Virus record (IMG/VR): IMGVR_UViG_3300033076_001342
Location: 1-44,671 of that record
DNA length: 44,671 nucleotides
Direction: 5' to 3' (one strand)
DNA from: a virus
Taxonomy: Duplodnaviria > Caudoviricetes
In this document: piece by piece, positions 7,168-17,662 of the stretch
Numbering within the stretch: position 1 is the stretch's first letter
How the letters are laid out: every line of letters starts with the position of its first letter
Notes under the pieces: generated by a model
The model's input: only the letters and a program-made list of their open reading frames with translations
Database searches by the model: none
What the model was told of the DNA's origin: nothing
Position numbers and translations under genes: made by a program

Positions 7168-9191
7168 ATCTCATGAACCACATCACCTTGAACAAGAAGG
7201 TGACGGAATCCCCGAATATCACGGGAATGTTCAAGCCTGAAGATCTGGGGGCCATCGCCACCACGGTATGGGATGGGTACGACAAGGACAAGCGTTCCCG
7301 ATCTGCGTGGGAACAGCGCATGGACGCTGCCATCAATTTGGCAATGCAGTACACCGAGCAAAAATCGTTCCCGTGGCCCGGCGCGTCAAATGTCGCGTTT
7401 CCGTTGGTTACCATTGCGGCGCTCCAGTACCATTCGCGCGCATACCCGGCCATCATCCCTGGTCGGAATATCGTGCGGTGTCGAGTGGTGGGCGATGACC
7501 CACAGGGGGAAGAAGTTGCTCGAGCCACTCGCATCGGCGAGCACATGTCATTCCAGATGATGGATGAAAGTGAGGATTGGGAGGCGGGCATGGACCGTTC
7601 CTTATTCATTCAAGCCATTGTCGGATCAGTGTTCAAGAAAACATACCGTGACGGCATGAAGCGGTGTAATACGTCGGACGTCGTGCAGGCGAAAGATTTG
7701 GTGTTCGACTATTACGCCACTTCTGTCGAGGCATGCCGGCGCAAGACTCATGTCTTTACGTTGTGGCGAAATGACATCCATGAAGGCGCTATGGCGGGGG
7801 TGTATGCCGATGTGCGTAACGAAGCGTGGTACGCTTCCCCGGCTGTGACGAAGCATGATGAAACGGACGCCGCCCGGGACAGTCGGCTCGGAACAAACCC
7901 ACCTCAATCGGACGAGTCCACGCCGTTCACCATTCTTGAGCAGCATGTATGGTTGGATCTGGATGGTGATGGTTATGAAGAGCCGTGGATCATCTCTATG
8001 GAGTTCAACTCCAAGAGAGTCATCCGAATTGTCGCTGGCTGGGATAAATGGTCCGACGTTCAACTCACTGAAACTGGTGAAATTGCGAGGATTACCGCCA
8101 CGCAGTATTTCACCGGATATGAACTGATCCCCTCTCCGGATGGCGGTGCTCTTGGCCTGGGGTTCGGCATCCTTCTCGGACCACTGAATGCCAGTGTTGA
8201 CTCGATCGTTAACCAGCTGATCGATGCTGGTACACTCTCCAACACGGCCGGCGGCTTCATCACACGTGGTGCCAAAATTCGCGGCGGGAATATGTCGTTC
8301 GCCCCGATGGAGTGGAAGCGCGTTGATGTCACTGGAGATGACCTCAAGAAGAGCATTTTTCCGCTGCCTGTTCGTGAACCGTCGATGGTTTTGTTTCAAC
8401 TTCTGGGCCTGCTGATCGAGTACACCAACAAGGTTTCCGGGGCCACAGACATGCTTACGGGCATGAACCCGGGCCAGAATACCCCTGCGTACACGACCGA
8501 CCAAATGGTCGAGCAAGGGATGAAGATCTATTCCGCTATTTTCAAGCGCACGTGGCGTTCGTTGCGCAGCGAGATGCAGAAATGGGCTCGACTGAACTCG
8601 ATTTACATTGGCTCGTCGAATATCACCTATTGTGATGGAAAGATCATCAAGCCTACGGATTATTCCGGGGATTTGTCGAGGATCATTCCGATCGCAGATC
8701 CGAATGTGATGTCCCAGCAGCATCGGTTCCAGCGCGCCATGGAATTGAAGCGCGCTGCGTCGACCACGCCCGGGTATAACGTGGAAGAAGTTGAAAAGAG
8801 GTTCCTGCGCGCACTGGACATCGAAAACATTGATCTGATCTATCCTGGGGCGTCCAAGACCGGTGGGATGGAGAATCCGAAGGTCGAGATTGAAAAGATG
8901 AAGGCGCAGCTGAAGCAGCAAGAACTTCAGTTGAATGCGCAGATGTTCGCCGCCGAACTCATAGAAACTCGGCGACTGAATCAAGCCAAGATTCTCCAAC
9001 TTGAAGCCTCGGCCGCAAAGCTCATGGCCGAGGCCAACGGCGCTGAAATTGGACACGAAATTGCAGCGTTCGAAGCTGCAATCGGAGCGTTGAAGACGCA
9101 TGATGATACGCTCCGTGGTCACGTTGACATGCTTCTCAAAGGAATGAAGACACATCATGAAATCACAACCAACCCAACCCCAATTCAGTGA
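7164..9191 (+). CDS. Portal protein (podovirus type, C-terminal coiled-coil barrel)
   Basis: 675 aa after TerL; PWPGASNVAFPL, NQLIDAGTLSN motifs; helical C-terminus. Confidence 0.9.
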   Translation: MNLMNHITLNKKVTESPNITGMFKPEDLGAIATTVWDGYDKDKRSRSAWEQRMDAAINLAMQYTEQKSFPWPGASNVAFPLVTIAALQYHSRAYPAIIPGRNIVRCRVVGDDPQGEEVARATRIGEHMSFQMMDESEDWEAGMDRSLFIQAIVGSVFKKTYRDGMKRCNTSDVVQAKDLVFDYYATSVEACRRKTHVFTLWRNDIHEGAMAGVYADVRNEAWYASPAVTKHDETDAARDSRLGTNPPQSDESTPFTILEQHVWLDLDGDGYEEPWIISMEFNSKRVIRIVAGWDKWSDVQLTETGEIARITATQYFTGYELIPSPDGGALGLGFGILLGPLNASVDSIVNQLIDAGTLSNTAGGFITRGAKIRGGNMSFAPMEWKRVDVTGDDLKKSIFPLPVREPSMVLFQLLGLLIEYTNKVSGATDMLTGMNPGQNTPAYTTDQMVEQGMKIYSAIFKRTWRSLRSEMQKWARLNSIYIGSSNITYCDGKIIKPTDYSGDLSRIIPIADPNVMSQQHRFQRAMELKRAASTTPGYNVEEVEKRFLRALDIENIDLIYPGASKTGGMENPKVEIEKMKAQLKQQELQLNAQMFAAELIETRRLNQAKILQLEASAAKLMAEANGAEIGHEIAAFEAAIGALKTHDDTLRGHVDMLLKGMKTHHEITTNPTPIQ

Positions 9192-9417
9192 GGCCGAGTT
9201 CACTGAATGGAAAGAGCACCCGGTCACCAAGGCGTTTATGAAATGGGCGGCTGATTCCAGGACCGCGATCATGGACACCTGGGCGAATGGCGGATACAAA
9301 GATTCTGATGGGTTTGTCGCGGCCCAGATGAATACTGACGCCATGGCCAGAGCGCAAGTTCTGGCTGCGATTCAAGAAATCACTCTCGAAGACATCGTGG
9401 AGAAGCAAGATGCCTGA
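9157..9417 (+). CDS. Hypothetical head-module protein
   Basis: EF.EWKEHPVT pattern; tiled between portal and GroES. Confidence 0.7.
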   Translation: MKSQPTQPQFSEAEFTEWKEHPVTKAFMKWAADSRTAIMDTWANGGYKDSDGFVAAQMNTDAMARAQVLAAIQEITLEDIVEKQDA

Positions 9418-9730
9418 AGTCAAGAACACCAGTGGCCTGAAACCCCTTGGATGCACTGTGCTTATTGAGCACTACGAACCTGAACGCGTCGGGGGGATGA
9501 TTTTCATCCCTGAGAACGTTCAGAGCCGAGTTTTGCTTGTCGAACAACGTGCGGTGGTCATTGAAGTTGGCCCTGAATGTTGGAAGGATGAGTCTGCCCC
9601 GCGAGCAGTTCCGGGCGACCGTGTTCTGATCGCCAAGATGGGCGGATACATGGCTGTCGGTCCCGCGGACGGTAAGCAATATCGAATCGTCAATGACCGT
9701 GACATTTTCGCGGCCATTTCTCAGGAGTAA
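9410..9730 (+). CDS. groES: GroES-like co-chaperonin
   Basis: LKPLG..VL, GG.IFIP mobile loop, V.EVGP, PGDRVL..K.GG, YRIVNDRDI. Confidence 0.88.
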   Translation: MPEVKNTSGLKPLGCTVLIEHYEPERVGGMIFIPENVQSRVLLVEQRAVVIEVGPECWKDESAPRAVPGDRVLIAKMGGYMAVGPADGKQYRIVNDRDIFAAISQE

Positions 9731-9733
9731 GAC

Positions 9734-10618
9734 ATGCCTGCTGATCAAACCACTGATCAAATCGTCGATGCCCCCGACGCAGAGATTGAGGCTCGTGCCC
9801 GTCAAATGGGGTGGCATCCGAAATCTGAATTCAATGGCGATGACTCGAAATGGGTCGATGCAGCAGAATTCGTGCGGCGAGGCGAAGAAGTTCTTCCGAT
9901 TCTTCGTCATACCAATCGCCGCCTTGAAGAGCAGTTGCGTACGCAAAACGCTGAACTGGACAAGATGCGCGGCCTTATTGCGGCCGGTCAAGAATCGATC
10001 GCGGCATTGCAGGAGCACCAGGCCGAAGCGCTACAGCGCGCTACCGAAAAAGCTCGCCGTGAACTTCTGGCCGAGTTGAAGGCAGCGAAGCGCGACGGGG
10101 ATGTAGACCGTGAGGTTGAAATCACGGATGCACTGGACAAGGTGCGTACCCAAGAGTCTGAAATTGCGGCTGTTCGCGAAGGACTCAAGCGTGCCCCGGC
10201 CCCGGCCCCGGCTTCGAAGCCCGAGCAAGATACGCCGCCTCCCGAATTGGCCGCGTGGATGGCCGACAATCCATGGTTCGGGAATGACCAACGTAAAACC
10301 CAACGGGCGTTGGGCATTGCGCAGGAATTGCGCTCGTACCCAGAGTATGATACACTCGCGCCCAGAGAGTTTTACGACAAAGTCGTGGAAGTGATGGAGC
10401 AGCGCTCAGGAACCCGGTCTGCTGCCTCAAAGGTTGGCAATGGCCGGCCGGCACACGCCGCCCCCGCGTCCGACGCTCCAACATACGACAATCTCCCGGC
10501 AGAAGCCAAAGCAGCCTGCGACCAACAAGCAAAGAAACTGGTCGGTCCCGGGCGGGCGTTCAAGGATGTCGCCGCATGGCGCGCTCAGTACGCCCAAACT
10601 TTCTTCGCCACCAAGTAA
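9734..10618 (+). CDS. Scaffolding protein
   Basis: ARQMGW.P...WVDA.EF N-terminus, long coiled coil, W...NPWF; position between portal and capsid. Confidence 0.8.
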   Translation: MPADQTTDQIVDAPDAEIEARARQMGWHPKSEFNGDDSKWVDAAEFVRRGEEVLPILRHTNRRLEEQLRTQNAELDKMRGLIAAGQESIAALQEHQAEALQRATEKARRELLAELKAAKRDGDVDREVEITDALDKVRTQESEIAAVREGLKRAPAPAPASKPEQDTPPPELAAWMADNPWFGNDQRKTQRALGIAQELRSYPEYDTLAPREFYDKVVEVMEQRSGTRSAASKVGNGRPAHAAPASDAPTYDNLPAEAKAACDQQAKKLVGPGRAFKDVAAWRAQYAQTFFATK

Positions 10619-10629
10619 GGAGATATCAC

Positions 10630-11154
10630 ATGGCCACGTCTAAGTCTGTTGGCGATAAAGCCACTCCCAAAGACAAAATCGCAGAACAGCGCAAGCGGAC
10701 CCCGATGTCGTTGCCGACGCAACGCCTCGAAGTCCCAGAAATTCCCGGCTACCACCTTCATTGGATGAATGGCTCCAAGCAGCGCATCGCGCAAGCGCTG
10801 CAGGCCGGGTACCAGTTCGTGAACATCGATGAAGTCGATGCCTCCCACGCAAGTCTGGGTTCGGCTATCGGGTCTATCGGGTCCACGGACCTAGGAAGCC
10901 GGGTCAGCGTTTCGGCTGGAAGCGGAGTTGATCCCGATGGTTCCGAAGTTCGACTTTATCTGATGAAAATCCAGGAGGAATTCTGGAATGATGATCAGAA
11001 AAAGCTCGAAGAGAGGAATGAGCAGATCGCTGCGGCTCTTCGCGGTGGGAATTCTACCGAAACCAATCCTCATGGCGTGGAAAATCGGTATATCCCCGAA
11101 GGGTCGCGTGCAACGATGCGGAATCTCTTCACCCCCAAACGAAGGAGTAGTTGA
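10630..11154 (+). CDS. Conserved head-module protein
   Basis: AAGGAG RBS before ATG 10630; PGYHLHW.N...GY.FV...LMKI..E.W motif. Confidence 0.75.
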   Translation: MATSKSVGDKATPKDKIAEQRKRTPMSLPTQRLEVPEIPGYHLHWMNGSKQRIAQALQAGYQFVNIDEVDASHASLGSAIGSIGSTDLGSRVSVSAGSGVDPDGSEVRLYLMKIQEEFWNDDQKKLEERNEQIAAALRGGNSTETNPHGVENRYIPEGSRATMRNLFTPKRRSS

Positions 11155-11759
11155 TGCCCAACGTCAACAAGCCCATGGGACTGCGCCCGGTTCAATACCT
11201 GAATGGCGCTCCCTGGTCCGGTCAAGCCCGGATCTACAGCATCGTGGCGAACTATGCCACGGCCCTGTACCTCGGTGATCCCGTCATTTCGTCCGGCACT
11301 GCCGATACGAATGGCGTTCCCGGCATCGCTATCTACGGCGGTACCGGCGCGATTCGCGGTGTCATCGTGGGCCTGGGCAAGAGCGAAACCGCGATGGTCA
11401 ATCCGTCGAACCTCGACATCACCTACCGGCCGGCGTCCGATCCTGCCGTTTGGTACGCAATGGTGGTCGATGATCCCAATGTGCTGTTCGAGGTCCAAGA
11501 GAACTCCAACGGCACCCAGATCGCGGCGACCGAAATCGGCCTGAACACGGTGCTGAAGTCCGGTACGGGCAATGGTTTCTATTCGGGCTGGCTCCTGTCC
11601 AGTGTCACCGATGCGACGCCTGCGACGACCGCAACTCTCGCCGTTCGCCTGATGGGTCTGGTCCGTCGGCCCGACAACGCGTTCGGTGCTTACGCCAAGC
11701 ACCTGATCAAGATCAACGTGCACGAACTCGGCTCCGGCACCGGCGCCGCTGGCGTGTAA
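11154..11759 (+). CDS. Capsid-associated (decoration/cement) protein
   Basis: N.N.P.GLRP, GDPV, DDPNVLFEVQ; directly upstream of the major capsid with strongly biased codons. Confidence 0.7.
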   Translation: MPNVNKPMGLRPVQYLNGAPWSGQARIYSIVANYATALYLGDPVISSGTADTNGVPGIAIYGGTGAIRGVIVGLGKSETAMVNPSNLDITYRPASDPAVWYAMVVDDPNVLFEVQENSNGTQIAATEIGLNTVLKSGTGNGFYSGWLLSSVTDATPATTATLAVRLMGLVRRPDNAFGAYAKHLIKINVHELGSGTGAAGV

Positions 11760-11777
11760 TCGCTCAAGGAGTGAACC

Positions 11778-12695
11778 ATGTCAGGCGTCATCAATACCGG
11801 GTCCCATCCCAAGCTCCTTTGGCCCGGCGTCCATGCCATCTGGGGCCAGGTCTACAACGAACACGCGACCGAGTACACGGATCTGTACAACATCGAGGAC
11901 TCGACTCGAGCCTACGAGCAAGATGTGCAGGTCACTGGGTTCGGCCTTGCCCCTGTGAAGGGCCAGGGCGCTCCGACCCAGTACGACAGTGAAGCTCAGG
12001 GCATGGTGACAACGTATACCCACATCGCGTACGCGCTGGGTTACATCGTCACCCACGAAGAGCTGAAGGACAACCTCTACGAGGAAGTCTCGATGCGGCG
12101 CGCGAAGGCCAACGCGTTCTCGATGCAGCAGACCCTGGAAAACGTCGGTGCGTTCCTGTACAACAACGCGTTCAGCACGACCTACTTCACGACCGCTGAC
12201 GGCGTGGCCCTGGGTTCGACTGCCCACGTGAACGCGACCGGCGGTACGTACAGCAACGTCCTGAACCCGGCCGCCGACCTCAGTGAAGCCGCACTCGAAG
12301 ACATGTGTGTCCAGATCATGGGCACGCAGAACGATCGTGGCCTGCTGATCAACATCATGCCGCAGTCGCTTCACGTGCCGCGTCAAGAGTGGTTCAATGC
12401 GAATCGGATCATGAAGTCCGTGCTTCAGTCCGACACCGCGAACAACAACATCAACGTGCTGAAGGCAACCAATGCGTTCCCTGGCGGCATCAAGATGAAC
12501 CACTACTTCACGGCGCCGCATGCGTGGTTCGTGCGTACGAATTGCCCGCAGGGCATGACCCTGTTCTGGCGTGAACGGCCTGAATTCGGCCAAGACAACG
12601 ACTTCGACACCAAGAACGCCAAAGCCGCGTCCTACATGCGACTTTCGGTCGGTTGCACCGACCCGCGTGGCATCTTCGCGTCGAACGGGCCGTAA
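11778..12695 (+). CDS. Major capsid protein
   Basis: 305 aa, strong RBS, highly biased codons; S.RAYE...GFGLAPVK.QG....YD, DFDT.N, C-terminal DPRG pattern. Confidence 0.9.
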   Translation: MSGVINTGSHPKLLWPGVHAIWGQVYNEHATEYTDLYNIEDSTRAYEQDVQVTGFGLAPVKGQGAPTQYDSEAQGMVTTYTHIAYALGYIVTHEELKDNLYEEVSMRRAKANAFSMQQTLENVGAFLYNNAFSTTYFTTADGVALGSTAHVNATGGTYSNVLNPAADLSEAALEDMCVQIMGTQNDRGLLINIMPQSLHVPRQEWFNANRIMKSVLQSDTANNNINVLKATNAFPGGIKMNHYFTAPHAWFVRTNCPQGMTLFWRERPEFGQDNDFDTKNAKAASYMRLSVGCTDPRGIFASNGP

Positions 12696-12795
12696 GACAG
12701 CCCGCGAGTAGCGCCGCTCTGATGGTGTCAAGGGGGTGGAAAGCCCCCATTCCTTTGAGCCTCAATCAGGCGTCTATGACGCAAAGGAGCCCTAG

Positions 12796-13515
12796 ATGGG
12801 TACGCCAGCTCGATTCAGCAATGGTGTCAACAACGTGTCCGCGATTGCGTCTTCGCGCAATCTCCCGGTCCCAAACCCGTTGGTCATCGCGTCCGAAACC
12901 AACGACTTCCACCGGTACACCGCTGCCGATTGGACTGTCACCAACACCACCACTCACTACACCATTGGTCTGGTTGCGGCCGCAGCTGCCCGGCCCGGGG
13001 GCGGGTGGCTCGGCATCGTTGCGGGCGGCGCAACCGTCAACACCGATGTCGGCGCCGTTCAGATCAACCCGTTGTCGACGTACTTCACGACGTCGCAAGA
13101 AATGTGGTTCGAGGCCAAGATCCTGCTGGCCAATGCCACGAATGAGCAGGTCATGATCGGGGTCGGTGCGTCGGCGGCCGCGGTTGCGCCAACTGATGGC
13201 ATCTATTTCAGCAAGGCTGCCGGCAGCACGTCGATCGATTTCACCATCCGCGCCGGCAGTTCGTCGACCACTGCATCGGCCGTGGGAACCGCGACGACGA
13301 GTGCCATGCGTTTTGCGGCGTACTATAACGGCAAAGACGCGGTGGATGCGTACATCGACGGTGTGAAGGTGTACTCGCAGACAACCCTCACAAATCTTCC
13401 GGCTTCGGTGGTGATGGGGATGTTCGCCGCGATCAAAGCTGGGGCCACTGCCCCGACCGGCGCTGGACTCTACGTCGACTACCTTTCCGTGTCCCAGCGC
13501 TGCTCGGGCCGTTAA
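12796..13515 (+). CDS. Virion structural protein (beta-sandwich-like)
   Basis: P.RF.NGV N-terminus, Thr/Ala-rich, YVDY C-terminus, follows capsid. Confidence 0.7.
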   Translation: MGTPARFSNGVNNVSAIASSRNLPVPNPLVIASETNDFHRYTAADWTVTNTTTHYTIGLVAAAAARPGGGWLGIVAGGATVNTDVGAVQINPLSTYFTTSQEMWFEAKILLANATNEQVMIGVGASAAAVAPTDGIYFSKAAGSTSIDFTIRAGSSSTTASAVGTATTSAMRFAAYYNGKDAVDAYIDGVKVYSQTTLTNLPASVVMGMFAAIKAGATAPTGAGLYVDYLSVSQRCSGR

Positions 13516-13527
13516 TGAGGAGCCATC

Positions 13528-13914
13528 ATGGCCAACTCATTCACGACCCAAACACTGCTCGATGGCCCGCGAAATCTGGTCGTTAAGCTGGTCGGCATTC
13601 TCGACACATCGAACCTGGCCTCGACGCTGGCCGTCGATGTGTCGACATTTTCAGGGGCTCCTTCGCTGGTTCGCATTGACGGCATCGACTACTCGATCGC
13701 TGACCAGTTGGCGGTCCAACTGTATTGGGACGCCACAACCGATGTCCCGATTGTGAATCTGGCAGGCCGCGAAGATGTCTGCTATAAGGAAATCGGTGGG
13801 TTGACCAATAATGGGGGGACAGGTGTCACCGGGGACATTCTGATCCAAACCACTGGTTGGGCATCGGGCACCCAGGGGTTCACGATCATCTTGAGCATGG
13901 TCAAGACGTTGTGA
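13528..13914 (+). CDS. Virion structural protein
   Basis: GAGGAG RBS; L.WDAT.D, TGDI..T pattern. Confidence 0.75.
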   Translation: MANSFTTQTLLDGPRNLVVKLVGILDTSNLASTLAVDVSTFSGAPSLVRIDGIDYSIADQLAVQLYWDATTDVPIVNLAGREDVCYKEIGGLTNNGGTGVTGDILIQTTGWASGTQGFTIILSMVKTL

Positions 13915-14135
13915 CCTACCCCCACTACATTGTAGATAGCCCCCCACTTACATTATTGGTCGACACGACCGGGGTGTATGTGGGGGACGCCCTCGCAGGA
14001 ACTGCCACGAGTGACTCCACCTGGAGGATATTCAAGGTAGAAAATTCTGCGGGGGCTGTGTCTATAAAGTGGGCGGGGGGCGTTCAGACTTTTACCCACG
14101 TGTGGGACGATCGCGCTGCTTATACCTATTCATGA
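13911..14135 (+). CDS. Small structural protein
   Basis: GTG start overlapping the upstream TGA; YVG.A..G.ATS...WRI.K, W.DR..Y.YS. Confidence 0.7.
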   Translation: MTYPHYIVDSPPLTLLVDTTGVYVGDALAGTATSDSTWRIFKVENSAGAVSIKWAGGVQTFTHVWDDRAAYTYS

Positions 14136-16591
14136 GCGCCTTCAAACTCGTCTCAATGCTGAATCCGACCGTCGTGTTGACGGCGGGGCCGGCCATCTCT
14201 GCGGGAACTTCTTCGCAAGGGGTGGGAACCATTGTCTTCTCCAATTCGAATGGCATCTCTTTCGGGATGGATGGAGGAGTCGTAACAGCAAGTGCGGCGG
14301 GCGGTGGTGGCGGTGGGGCTGATGGCGGCAATACCCTTGCCGCTGGCACGCAGACGGCGGGGGCAAGTGCCCTCGTTGTTTTTTCAAATTCGAACAATGT
14401 CACGTTCGGGATGTCGGGGTCTAGCCGGATCACCGCGTCTGCCTCTTTCGCGCAGTCCGTCCAGACCCAGGCGTCTGGCAACATCGCCGGCATCGGGTAC
14501 ACGTCGACAACGCAAGCCGGGTCTACTGTAGGTCTGACCCATAACACGGCCGGTATTTCCGCGGCGTGGCCCCCATTCATCACCACGTTCGCCGCCCAAA
14601 CAACCCAGACGCAGCCTGCGGGTAATATTGCGGGGGCGGGGTACACGAGTACGACGCAAGGTGGGTCAACTGTCGGGGCCACCCACGACAGTAATGGTTT
14701 GTCCATAGCGTGGCCATCGTTCATTACGACCTACGTCGGGCAGACGACCCAGACCCAGCCAGCCGGGAATATTGCCGGCGTGGGGACGACTTTTGGTGGT
14801 ACCAATGTTTCGGGGTCAATGACTCTGAATACAGATGGGTTGAACCTTGCTTTGTCCGTTGCGCCGGGCGGTGGTGGCGCAGCTGATGGTTACAACATTC
14901 TGGCTGCCGGAACACAGACCGCTAACACGACCGGCACTGTTGCATTCCTGAACTCTAATGGCCTGACCTGGGGTATGTCTAATAGCTCGCAAATTACAGC
15001 GAGCTATTCTCAGTCGACCCATTCCCATTCAACGGCCCCCGGTGGTATCGCGGCTGGGACACAGACCGCAACCAGTGGAACTGTCGTCTTTGCTGACTCG
15101 AATGGCGTGACATGGGGGATGTCTGGTTCGTCGCAAGTAACAGCGTCCTACAGTCAGTCCACGCACTCCCACGCCACCTTCGTCGGGGGGGTTGCCGCCG
15201 GCACCCAGACCGGCACGAGCGGGACCGTCGTCTTCTCGAATTCCAACGGCATCTCTTTCGGGATGTCTAATAGCAGCGTTGTCACGGCTTCGCACAATGG
15301 CCTGACGACTGCCCGCGCATCGAATGACGCCATCGGACTGAATACGGCGCAGTCCAACGTCACATGGACTGTCAATAGTTCTGGTCTTAGTCTTGATGCG
15401 CGAGGCTATGCAGGCACCGGGACGACGTTTGCAGGCACCAATGCTTCAGCGAGCATCACGCAGAACAGCGCCGGCATCAATCTAGCCCTGAGCGTGGCTG
15501 CAGGCGGTGGCGTTACTCCTGTCGCAAGCGCCTCGAACGGTTCTTTCTTATTCACAACGCTGGGATTCTCCAACGCGAACAACGTCACCTTCGGTACTTC
15601 GGCTGGCGGCATCATCACGGCGAGTGTCGCGGCCCCTGGCGCTGCCGCTGAAAACAACTGGGTCAATCTGCTTGGAGCAAACACCGCAGGCAATACCACT
15701 GCCAGCGGGTCTACTATCGGCTATAGCGGGATTAATCTGACGCTGTCTGGTACGAATGGCAGCGTGGTGAACATCAGCGCCCCAGCAACGTCTAGCATTG
15801 TTGGTGCTAGTGGCATCTCGCTAAGTTCCAACGGATCAACCATGTCTGTCTACATGGCTCCGGTGTGCAGTTTCTGGCCTCCGCAGCCACTTCCGCTTGC
15901 ATCATCGTCGATGAACAGTGGTACATCAGGCGCTACTGGAGGAAGTTTCCAGACGACAGCATCACTCTATGTCTCCCCGATGCAGATATGGGCACCGCTC
16001 ACATTCGGGGAAGTCGAACTTGTTGTCAGCCACGGCGCACTCAGCGCAGGCACCGGCTCCGGATCGATTCTGCACGCAGTCGGCCTGTACACGCTCAATG
16101 GCGGCACGGCGCTTTCACTCGTTTCTAGTTTCGAGTTCAATGCGCTCGTAAGTGTTAGCAGCGCAACGGCAGTTTCGGCGCACTTCTACTGGGGCACTAA
16201 TAGCACATCAAATAGCACCAGTATTGGTGGCAACGTCAGCGCATCACTGACAGGTGTGAGACAGGTAAAGCTTTACGACAGCACCGGAGCGTTGACTCCT
16301 GGTGATTATTGGATCGCCCATGCATATACAGCGCGCTCCAGTTCTGTGAACGTGTTAACGTCGTTCGCTACCGGAATGTTTCTGTCGCAGTCTCAGACGA
16401 ACTTGGTGCTGAACTACTTCGGCAACAACACAACTGCACCAACGCAGCGGCATATCGGACAGGTATCGACGACGCAGAACAACGCTAATTCGCTTGTTTT
16501 CCAGATGCCAACAAGCATCAACACGACTGCAATCACCAATACAGGCGGCACGTCGCAGCATCGGTATAACGTGCCTCGGTTATACGTCTGA
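14132..16591 (+). CDS. Ser/Thr/Gly-rich repetitive fibre protein (819 aa)
   Basis: ATGA-coupled start at 14132; repeated AAGTQT..GTVVFSNSNG.(S/T)FGMS units; very few charged residues. Confidence 0.8.
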   Translation: MSAFKLVSMLNPTVVLTAGPAISAGTSSQGVGTIVFSNSNGISFGMDGGVVTASAAGGGGGGADGGNTLAAGTQTAGASALVVFSNSNNVTFGMSGSSRITASASFAQSVQTQASGNIAGIGYTSTTQAGSTVGLTHNTAGISAAWPPFITTFAAQTTQTQPAGNIAGAGYTSTTQGGSTVGATHDSNGLSIAWPSFITTYVGQTTQTQPAGNIAGVGTTFGGTNVSGSMTLNTDGLNLALSVAPGGGGAADGYNILAAGTQTANTTGTVAFLNSNGLTWGMSNSSQITASYSQSTHSHSTAPGGIAAGTQTATSGTVVFADSNGVTWGMSGSSQVTASYSQSTHSHATFVGGVAAGTQTGTSGTVVFSNSNGISFGMSNSSVVTASHNGLTTARASNDAIGLNTAQSNVTWTVNSSGLSLDARGYAGTGTTFAGTNASASITQNSAGINLALSVAAGGGVTPVASASNGSFLFTTLGFSNANNVTFGTSAGGIITASVAAPGAAAENNWVNLLGANTAGNTTASGSTIGYSGINLTLSGTNGSVVNISAPATSSIVGASGISLSSNGSTMSVYMAPVCSFWPPQPLPLASSSMNSGTSGATGGSFQTTASLYVSPMQIWAPLTFGEVELVVSHGALSAGTGSGSILHAVGLYTLNGGTALSLVSSFEFNALVSVSSATAVSAHFYWGTNSTSNSTSIGGNVSASLTGVRQVKLYDSTGALTPGDYWIAHAYTARSSSVNVLTSFATGMFLSQSQTNLVLNYFGNNTTAPTQRHIGQVSTTQNNANSLVFQMPTSINTTAITNTGGTSQHRYNVPRLYV

Positions 16592-16962
16592 TGGCTACCA
16601 TCGCGACACTGCCTTTGGCCACATATCAGGTTGGCACGACAACAATACCGGAATTCGCTATCAGCGACGCTCTAACAGTCATGTCCGCCTCGTGCCAGCG
16701 CAATACCACGGCTGACCTGACAATCTGGCCGCTGTCGACCACGAGTATCAGCGTTACACTGGATTTTTGGGATGGCGCGCAGTGGGTCGTTGGCGTCTTC
16801 AGGTGGTCCGACACTGGCGGATTGCGGCAGTCACACGGTGCGGATGTGCCTAGGAGTTATGCAATCTGGCCTCTGCCAGAGGGCGTCGGTAGGAAATTGC
16901 GTGGATCGGTGACAATCTCTGGCGGAGCGGTGAGAACGTCAGCAACGGTAGACGGGACGTGA
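16591..16962 (+). CDS. Hypothetical structural protein
   Basis: 123-aa beta-rich ORF coupled to the upstream stop. Confidence 0.7.
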   Translation: MATIATLPLATYQVGTTTIPEFAISDALTVMSASCQRNTTADLTIWPLSTTSISVTLDFWDGAQWVVGVFRWSDTGGLRQSHGADVPRSYAIWPLPEGVGRKLRGSVTISGGAVRTSATVDGT

Positions 16963-16963
16963 C

Positions 16964-17662
16964 ATGGCTACGTTCCGTAATGCGTCATCGGTGAGCTTTT
17001 CGGCTGCCTCCTCAAGCATCACGAAGCCAACATCGCTCGCACAAGATGATGTGCAACTAGCATTCATCACGGCAGATGGAACAGCGGCAAACCTGAGCAT
17101 TTCCGGCGGTGCAACGTGGACTCAGATCGGCACAACGCAGACAGTCAGCAATGGCGACACGGCGAGAGTAGCGCTGTACAGGCAAGTGGCCGGCGCCTCA
17201 GAACCTGCGAGCTACACAGTAAGCAACAGCTCATCGACGCCATGTTCGTGTGTATTGGTGGCGTATTCAGGCGTTGACACGACAAGCCCAATTGCTGCGC
17301 AACTGGCGACGAATCCGAACAGCGTTAGCCCGCCGGCAAGCCCTGTAAGCATCGCGGCGAGCGCTATCACGACGACAGCGGCAAATCAGACAGTTGTGTG
17401 GTTCGGCTTTGTCGACTGGAACACCAGCACGGCGGCTGCGTTCACCGATCCATCATCAACAACACGCAGAGCGGTGCAAACACCCGCTCAGTTCTCGTGC
17501 GCCCTTGCGGTGGATTTCGTTCAAACTACTGCCGGTACGACTGGCACGATTACCGGAACGGGCACTCTGGCAGCAGCGGCCGGAAACTTTGTTGCGTGGC
17601 TGGTTGCTCTTCTAGATTTGACGCCACCAGCAACGTATAGTGTCGCGTGGATCAAAGCATGA
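16964..17662 (+). CDS. Ser/Thr/Ala-rich virion surface protein
   Basis: P......D.....I, WT, AYSGVD pattern of phage minor structural proteins. Confidence 0.7.
   Translation: MATFRNASSVSFSAASSSITKPTSLAQDDVQLAFITADGTAANLSISGGATWTQIGTTQTVSNGDTARVALYRQVAGASEPASYTVSNSSSTPCSCVLVAYSGVDTTSPIAAQLATNPNSVSPPASPVSIAASAITTTAANQTVVWFGFVDWNTSTAAAFTDPSSTTRRAVQTPAQFSCALAVDFVQTTAGTTGTITGTGTLAAAAGNFVAWLVALLDLTPPATYSVAWIKA

Noticed and set aside
7626-9344. 572-aa minus-strand ORF and other long antisense ORFs (e.g. 905-1831, 11781-12731, 36823-37725, 43241-44026)
   Set aside because: Antisense to well-supported genes; expected from GC-rich codon bias; no motifs
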